A stretch of 64,000 bases of DNA, from contig OZ024740.1 of NCBI GenBank assembly GCA_964016885.1, forward strand, positions 209,064,001 through 209,128,000, in the 5' to 3' direction. This document shows, one piece after another, positions 56,045-64,000 of the stretch. The number at the start of each line of letters is the position of its first letter. Positions within the stretch are counted from its first letter, which is position 1. The notes beneath the pieces were generated by a model. That model saw only the letters and a list, made by a program, of their open reading frames with translations, did not search any database and was not told the DNA's origin. This stretch comes from Eledone cirrhosa (lineage: Eukaryota). A program made the translations under genes and the position numbers.

Positions 56045-57129
56045 CTCTAACAATTCCACTAGTCCCCTCCCCTTAGACTGATACTTTATTTTGTTAACAC
56101 TGAGGGGATAAAAGACAAATTTGACATTGGTGTGATTTGATCTCAGAATGCAAAGATCCAGAACAAATACAGCAAGGTATCTTGTCTCAACACTCTAACA
56201 GTTCCACTAATCTACTAGACTGTACTAGTTCTTTATTTTATTGGCCTCAAAAGGCAAAGTTGATGTTAGTGAGATTTGAACTCAAAGTGCAGAGATCCAA
56301 AACAATTACTGCAAGGTATCTTGTCTCAACACTCTAACAACTCTGCTAATTTACCACCCCACCTCCCTCTCTCCAGTCCTTTTGGGGTTGATAAAAAAGT
56401 ATCAGTTTAGTACTGGGATCAGTTCTTCAGCTACATTTTTTATATCTTTCTCATTTCTTTATTACTCACTCTCTCCTCTGGAAGAAATCAGCTGTGTTCA
56501 AACCCAGAAAAGAGATGGGCTCCACCAGGTTTAAAATGTCCAAGAAACACGGTATGTCACGACAGTGTCCCCACACCTCCATCAGGAATTACAGGTATAT
56601 ACATGCATACAAGAATGATGGGATAATGATGTTTTGCCATAGATTTAACAGTTATGTGAAGTGCAAATCTGAGATCCAAGAACAGACAATCACCTACTAC
56701 TAACTTTGTAAATAAACTCAGAGCTGACTCAGGGGCTTCTAAGTGGTCGATCAACTTGCTAGAAACAGCAGCCAAATCTTCATCTAATCACACCTTTCTT
56801 AACACCAACCACACAGTGTGGTGGATGCATTTTATCATGGCACCAGTACTAGAGAAGTTGTAGATCTTAGACTTAACTGAAGGGCCCTCTCTACTCTTTA
56901 AGAAGGATTCTAGTGTTTGAATAAGTTTGATGAGTTAAGAAGGATGATAAGTATATCATGAATGACAGTATCTGGGTGAGAGTGGAAAGTTCCATGTTGT
57001 GGGTGTGATAGCTGTGGGGGATCCAAGAGGTGATGTGGGAGAGAAGGGATGACTAAATATATCACGGATGTAAGAATGGTGTGGTAGAGTTTTACAAGGT
57101 TATGGAGAATGATTCTGGATAGTGATGGG

Positions 57130-58160
57130 GGTGTACAGTGATGGTAAGAATAGTTATTAAGAAGCAAATTATATAGTTCTCATCTTCCATATGCATCACA
57201 TATCCATACCAGTGCAGTCTTCTATTTTGCACACTGCATTGTACCCCTCTTACACCAAATCTTTCTCTGTTTGCTAATGCTACGTTGTTCATGCATCCAT
57301 CAGAGCATGCTCATTTAATTTCTTTTCAGTCTTTGCAGAGCTACAGTCTAGGTTCATATCTCACTACCATGTAGTATTGTAGTTCACACACAGACATCAT
57401 ATAGTCAACCATTCATTCTGAAGGAGAAACAAATTATTACCAGCAGAGCTACCAGTTCCCTAAACTTTTTCCAGTCAATTCTTACTCTGGTTACCACACT
57501 TTCAGAGCATCCTCTCCCTGATTAGGTCACTGAGGTAAAAAAAAATCTATCAACAACTTTTAGGAAGCCTCCCATGCAATTGAGACAATTTATTTTATGT
57601 GTGTTTGTAATGCATACTTCTGTGTATCTGTTGCATACAAAGTCTATATTCTCCTTTAACCTGCTTATAATCCCTCTACATCTTTTGCATGTCCATAGAT
57701 TACACTGGGTGAATTTTATGGAATTTTTGCTCACCCCTTTTCAACATATTGAACAAGGTCACTTCCCTAACATCATCAGCTCTCTGTATTCTTTCCTACT
57801 TATCAGGACTTTAGTCTTTGCTAAGTTTAGTTTTAGGTTCAATTCTAGGTTTCTTCCATGTACGGAATTTCACTTCTAATTCTTCCAAAGATTCAGCCTT
57901 TTACATCTAGCTTCCTTAGTGCCCACTCGATTACAGAGTAGAGGACCCTGCTAAAGCCCTTCTCCTAATCCACAAAAGCTGAATACAGAGGTTTACTCTA
58001 AGCTAAGTACTTTCGAATCTTGTCTAGCTTGATTCTGTTTCTAATTAGTTGTGCTGTAGCCCTTTAGTAACTTGATACATACATCTACAGTTGCCTCTCT
58101 CTATAGTGCATCTCCTTTGCACACGCAACAGTTTACCATGATACTGCTGCACCTATCATT
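57130..58160 (-). mobile_element. Old degenerate RTE copy
   Basis: RRLHWYGYVMHMED and degenerate PHD-like segment KNSIKFTQCNLWTCKRC. Confidence 0.85.
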
Positions 58161-58361
58161 GGGTATATATATAATGTTTTGTACACATGTTAATTCCTTC
58201 ACAACTAATGTTTTCATGAATTAGCAAGGGTTGCAGAACTGCAAGCTATGGGTGTTAGTTATCACCAGATGAATTGCATAAATAAATGAACATTAGTGCT
58301 GTTTGTATATATAGAGAGCTCTTTCTTCATACACACGCACACACATATATATATATATTTA

Positions 58362-59450
58362 TCATCATCATCATCACTTTTCCATGCCCACTTTTCCATG
58401 CTTGCATTGGTTGGACAGGTCCTCCCCTCTAATGTTCAACACTAATCCCCTTTGTCCAAAATTTCCTCAGTAGTCATCTACTGCAGCTTTCTTCCACTGA
58501 CATCTCGCAGTTCTTCACCCAGCAATCACATGTCCCTACCAGTAGTGTCTTCCTTCTTACTACATCTGATTCTTTTTATATTCAGTTTTTCTCTCAGTTC
58601 ATCTACATCCTGTTGTTTGTTCAAACTAACATTACACATTCAGTATAGCATACTTGCTTCATTTCTCACCATCTGCCTCTACTGTCCATGTCAAACTGCT
58701 ATGCAACTTTACACTTATCACACAGATATCATACAATCTATACTTCACTCAGAAAGAAAATCCTTGTTGTCATACGATGTAGTAATTCCCTAAACTTTTT
58801 CCCTCCTGTACATATTCTAGCTACTATGCTTTTGGAACACCCTCCTCCACTGCTAATTAGGTCACCTGTATAACAGAAACTATCAACTACCTCTCTAGCA
58901 CCTTTCAGGGATTGGAAATGGTTTATTGCACTCTTACTACTAACTACCCCTGTGCATCTGCTATGTGAAAACATTATCTTTTGTGTTAACCTACCTACAA
59001 TCCCACTATACTTCTTGTGTATAAAGTTCCAACCTATTCCCTTTCTACATATCGAACACAACCACTTCTCTGATGGGATCAGTGTCTTGTCCTCTTTCCT
59101 ACTTACTAAAACCTTCTTTTGCTAAATTTACTCTGAGCCCTTTTGATTCTAAGTTCTGTTCACATAACAGGAATATTTTCTCAAGCTCTTCTGCAGATTC
59201 AGCTATAAGAACAGAAGTTCCCATGGACAGTCTTAAACTCCTCCGTTATGGGCTGGGGACTATAATAAACTGGGGTGGGCTGAAGACTGATAAACACCAA
59301 CCTGTACATTTTACAAAAAGTTTAAGGAGCTACTGCTTCTGTTGATAACAAGGGATCTCCCCACTAAACTATTTACCTACTCTCATTTTACTGACAACAC
59401 CTCTGTACATGGCTTGAACTCCCAACAGGAGCCACTCATCTACACCAAGT
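58362..59450 (-). mobile_element. Old degenerate RTE copy
   Basis: CSICRKGIG..VVDSFCYTGDLISSGGGCS..KKFRELL; (GAT)n tail at about 58362. Confidence 0.85.
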
Positions 59451-59456
59451 TTCCTC

Positions 59457-59663
59457 AACACTTTAACATTTACATTACTCTATATTTACTATTATATTTT
59501 CACTGTAAAGGCTTTATCTTACATAATATCTCACATAATATCAAATCTATGAGATTTTGATATTATTTATTTTGAGAACAATACCCTAACATCAGTATGA
59601 ACAGCTGGTTAGAGCTGGTTTGAACAAAAAGAGCTGAGACAATACTGGCCGGATGCTAAAGGG
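59457..59663. mobile_element. piggyBac-like MITE (copy 1 of 3)
   Basis: Homologous to 61214-61450; ends GCTAAAGGG|TTAA. Confidence 0.7.
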
Positions 59664-60408
59664 TTAAAGGACTACTAAATAACTGATCACAATACTCAGT
59701 CAAAGCCCCCCCCCCCAAGCAATCCTGCAGTAATGAGGGGGTGGGGGCTTGTTTTGTGGGTCAGATGTTTCTTACCATTCAATGAAAAATGAATAATGAA
59801 AAATTAATAGTAATTGATTAGCCTGAGTTCTTTCAATACTTTGGACTATTTCTCATAAACAGTTTTTGTTTTTTTTAATCCATTATGATTCCATAAAATT
59901 AGGTCAGTATTTCTTTTTTACCTGTAAAACCCAGCCATTGGACTCCCCACTTCATTTCAAAGTATAGTTATCAGCTCTGACAAACATCTCTAATTGTTTA
60001 TTTGTAGTCACTTGCTACAAATGATACCTATATATCTCCTTCCTCATATGGTGTTGGGGAGATATTTGATAAATTACACCCTGCCTCTTCTCATAATTCA
60101 CACACACTTATACTTACTACAGGACTAAAATAAAGATCTTTTTATTTTGGCACTGGAAGTACTACTCTAGAAGCTTGCTTTACATGTAAACTGTCAGTAT
60201 GTTTGTTTATTTTATTTTTTTATCAGAGAAACGGCACTGTCTTGAATGGTGTGTTAGCAGTCATTCCTGTTGCTCATGTATATTACATTTGATTGAGTAC
60301 TTCAGGCTATCTTAGCTGGCAATTTACTCACAGCTGCTTTTCTCTGTTACTCCTGACCCAGAGAGGCTTACAACACCCTACTACTATCTCTCTGTTATTA
60401 TTTACAGA

Positions 60409-60597
60409 AGGGCGGTGGATTGGCAGTATTGGTAGAGGGTCGGGCGCCATGCTTTGCAGCAAAGAGTTACGGCCCTTTATGGTCTGAGTTCAAATCCCGC
60501 CGAGTTTAACTTTGCCTTTCATCCATACGGGGTCGATAAAATAAAGTACCAGTAATACACTGAGGTAATAGCTGGCCTTGTGCCAAAAGTAGAAACA
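60409..60597 (+). mobile_element. Major SINE copy with 12-bp TSD
   Basis: ATTATTTACAGA at 60397-60408 and 60598-60609. Confidence 0.92.
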
Positions 60598-61213
60598 ATT
60601 ATTTACAGATGTTTGTTTGTCTCTTAGTTCCATGCAATGTGATCTTGTTCCCCACTTTTTTTTTTTTTTGTTTTCTTAAACAAGTTACTTTTACTGTCTA
60701 ATATTTTTTACCTGGTATTTTATGTTTATTGGAAACTAGCCATGAATATCTTATTGTAGCCTAGTTATATTGATTTCTAACAGGGACACAATGCCACACA
60801 CATTTTGTGGAAATAATGTAGTCTTATCAAAGCCAATATATTACTGGTACATGAAATCTCATTGTAGTTAGATATTCATATTTATGCATATGTACTACAC
60901 ATTTCTAAGCAGATTATGGCTGCAGGCATGGCTGAATGGCATAGAAGTTCACTTCACAATCATGAGCTCCTGGGTTCAACCCTACTGCATGGCATCTTGG
61001 GCAAGTGTCTTTTATGATAGCTTTAACCCATGCATTGTGAATGAAATTGGGGTGATGGAAACTGTTTGAAAGCCTTAGCACCTGTAATTCAAAGAGCTAA
61101 TCGTGTCACACACTGTATCATATTGGATCTCCCTGAGAATTATGTTTAGGGTGTAATGTAGACTATTCATCCATTTAATGTTAATTTCAAGTGTAGGCTA
61201 TTCTGTTAGTTAA

Positions 61214-61450
61214 CCCTTTAGCATTCACGTTACTCTATATATACTATTATATTTTATATATACTATTATATTTTCATGGTAAAGGCTTTACCTCGCATAA
61301 TTATCTCATAATATCGAATCTATGAGATTTTGAAAGTATTTATTTTGAGAACAATACCTTAACATCAGTTTGAGTGACAAGTTACAGCCAGTTTCAACAG
61401 AAAGAGGTAGAGAATTCTGTCCGATTTTGGCCGGTTTGAACATTAAAGGG
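61214..61450. mobile_element. piggyBac-like MITE
   Basis: TTAA|CCCTTTAG...TTAAAGGG|TTAA. Confidence 0.85.
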
Positions 61451-61663
61451 TTAAACTGGCTTTCTCATTGTCAAAAGTGATACAAGTCCATTTATGTTAC
61501 TTATACTTCTTAGCAAATCAACAACACCCGAATTGTTAATATTTTCTATTTAATTTACTTCTTAATTGTTTAACTCTTAACATCCTGGGCCACATGAGAC
61601 TGCATTAACAAGACATTACTTTTAAAAAAAGTACAAAACAGTACTATGACTGCATTACACTAA

Positions 61664-61863
61664 CCCTTTAAATCGGCTCTATCAGGCCAGAATTCTCTCA
61701 CCTCTTTCTTTTCAAACTGGCCATAATTGGCTGCTCATACTTATGTTAAGGTATTGTTCTCAAAATAAATAATATCAAAATCTGATAGATTCGATATTAT
61801 GTGAGATAAAGTGTTTACCCTGAAAATACAATAGTAAATATAAAGTAATGTAATGCTAAAGGG
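61664..61863. mobile_element. piggyBac-like MITE, inverted relative to the previous copy
   Basis: TAA|CCCTTTA...CTAAAGGG|TTAA; body is the reverse complement of 61214-61450. Confidence 0.8.
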
Positions 61864-62329
61864 TTAAACAATTAAAGACTACCCTATTACTGCAAATTTC
61901 CCTAATCTGTTCAGTAGTCATCGTCAATCCAATCTCCATTTTCCATGCTAGCATGAGTTAGACAGCTTGTCCCATTGTGAGACAAGTCAGATCAGTTGAC
62001 CGTGTCTTGCTCACACAGAACTGTTTCTGGCTTGGTTTCTACAGATGGATGCCCTTCCTAACACCAACCACATTTACAGTGTCGACTGGGTCTCTTTTAT
62101 TGTGGCACCAAAGAGTAAAGGTACTATAAACATTTGAGTTAAAAAACCTGCTTTTAGATATTTTCTGCTAAATCTACAAATTAAGAGTTAAACAAGGAAC
62201 TTTATACATCATACTTCAGTAGCTGCTTTTGAGACCCATGTCAAGCCTGACCGAGCAAACCTATGATGAAAGATATTCAAACTTTAACCCTGTAAAAAAT
62301 CAGCAAAATTCATGACTGTATTTTGGCCG

Positions 62330-63275
62330 ATTTTTGTTTTACAGCTGGATACCCTTCCTAACACTAACCACGTTGACAGTGTGGAACTGGGTGGTTAGCA
62401 TTATGAGAGTGATCTGGCCATTTGGTTGTGCCGTACCCTGCACATAATCGGATCCGTAATTGGGAGCTGAGATAGACCCATAATGAGGTTGGTCTGGCCA
62501 GTTGGTCGCGTCAAACATTGCTCATAGTGGGGGCCTGTGTTTTGGCTGAGGATTTTTGCAGCTGCTAGATGCTCTTCATAAACACCAACCACATTTATAT
62601 GCGCTGAACCTTGCTCATATGGGACCGTGCCTTGGCTGGGTTCTTGCAACTGCTAGATGTCCTTCCTAACAGCAACCACATTTACAGCATGGATCTGCGT
62701 GTTCCCGTTATGGAGGGGGTCTTGCCAGTTGGCCATGCCAGACCGTGCACATATGGAATCACATTTTTGCTGGATATTTGAGATAGCTCGGATCTGTTGA
62801 CCACACTGTACTCTGCTCATAGCAGGGCCTTGTTTTGGCTGGGATTTTTACTGCTGCTGGATGCCTTTCCTAACACCAACCACATTTACAGTGTGGGATT
62901 TGGTGGTTACACTTATAAGGCAAGTCTGGCCAATTAGCCACACCATACCTTGCTCATATGGGACAGTGTCTTGGCTAGGCTCTTACAGCTGCTAGGTGCC
63001 CTTCCTAGCAGCAACCTTGTTTACACTGTGGAACTGCATGTTCCTGTTATGAGGAGGGACTTGCCAGTTGACCATGTCAGACCTAGCTCATTCAGGACTA
63101 CATTTTGGCTGGGTTTTTACAGCTGCTGGATGCCCTTCCTAACACAAACTACGTTTACAGTGTGGAACTGGTTGGTCCTACACTTGAGGCTTGTCTGGCC
63201 AGTTGACCATGCTGTACCTAGCTCACACTGGGCTCTGTTTTGCCTGCTCAATGTCCTTCCTTAACACCAACCATG
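62330..63275 (-). repeat. Irregular tandem array of about seven RTE 3'-UTR-derived units
   Basis: GCTGGATGCCCTTCCTAACACCAACCAC variants near 62345, 62560, 62650, 62855, 62990, 63125 and 63245. Confidence 0.8.
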
Positions 63276-63302
63276 TATATGTATATGTATATATATATAT
63301 TG

Positions 63303-63417
63303 TATAGAAATGACTTCTACAGCACTAGAACTGTTTCGTTTGTATGAAATCATCAGTAATTCATGATGATTTCATATGAATGAGATTGTTCTAGTCCTGT
63401 AAAAGTTATTTCTATAC
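63303..63417. repeat. Inverted pair of short HHR-containing repeats (family also at 23675-23725 and 34884-34940)
   Basis: Minus strand CTGATGA-TTTCATACAAAC-GAAAC-AGTT; arms ATAGAAATGACTTCTACAG..CTAGAAC / GTTCTAG..CTGTAAAAGTTATTTCTAT. Confidence 0.6.
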
Positions 63418-64000
63418 AAAATGAATATGCTTATTCTCTACTAATGTATTAAATGTGTTTTTTTCCAATCCACTTCAGAAAACCATCCTTGGTTGTGTGA
63501 ATGTGTATGTGTGTATCTATATACATTTTTAACCTTTTCAGATAGGTTTGTGTTTTAAATAAAATTAAAGTTCCTATTGTATGGCAAGTCTAAAGTTTTT
63601 GGTTATCTTTTATTACAAATAATCAATATAGATGAATAATGAGTTTATATAATTTTGTGAGATTCCTAATTATCTAACTTGTAGCTGACTAAAGCAAGAG
63701 AATGGTATCTCATATCAAAAATATACTGTATAATTCTTCAGATACAATATAAATTCACAATGGGTCTACAATTAAGATGATCCACAACTGACCACATGGT
63801 TACATGTTCAAATCTTACTAGAAGCTAATGTTGTATTCCTGGAAAAAGACATGTTCCTCCAGTTTATTTTGTTCCACCCAAATGTCAGAAGGGAGGGCTT
63901 CCATGCAAACATGGAAGAAAAATACAAATTTATTACCTGAGAGGCCAGCACCATGATCATTAACTGTCTCTAATAAAAGACACTGCCTATGGTTTGCAAT

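Noticed and set aside
60108-60140. Minus-strand 7-nt micro-exon (ttttag TCCTGTA gtaagt)
   Set aside because: Such matches are expected by chance in AT-rich DNA; no supporting context.
62330-63275. CRISPR-like repeat-spacer appearance
   Set aside because: Units are degenerate and unevenly spaced, the spacers are homologous to each other, they derive from an RTE 3' UTR, and there are no cas genes in this eukaryotic context.

Overview
Repeat-dominated eukaryotic DNA, most likely from an octopod cephalopod (inferred from the abundant tRNA-derived SINE and the RTE/Penelope repertoire). No complete host protein-coding gene is visible, and most ORFs in the track are microsatellite or antisense artefacts. 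Contents: a near full-length Tx1/L1-clade LINE (about 27.6-33.6 kb, +), a near full-length RTE LINE with a PHD-like finger inside the RT region (about 49.5-53.3 kb, -), several RTE fragments, two Penelope-like RT remnants, hAT, Tigger and Tc1/mariner remnants, piggyBac/hAT/mariner MITEs, Helitron-like elements and about 20 copies of one SINE. The most notable layer is non-coding. At least ten type I hammerhead ribozyme (HHR) motifs from several Penelope-like terminal-repeat families are present, including a 486-nt unit bounded by two identical HHRs and several fold-back palindromes that keep only the 3' half of the HHR and pivot at or within helix II. Two related Helitron-like elements carry an internal segment in opposite orientations between long inverted repeats. 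A possible host first exon at about 41.4 kb precedes a visibly CpG-depleted region. All structure calls were made by eye and coordinates are approximate.
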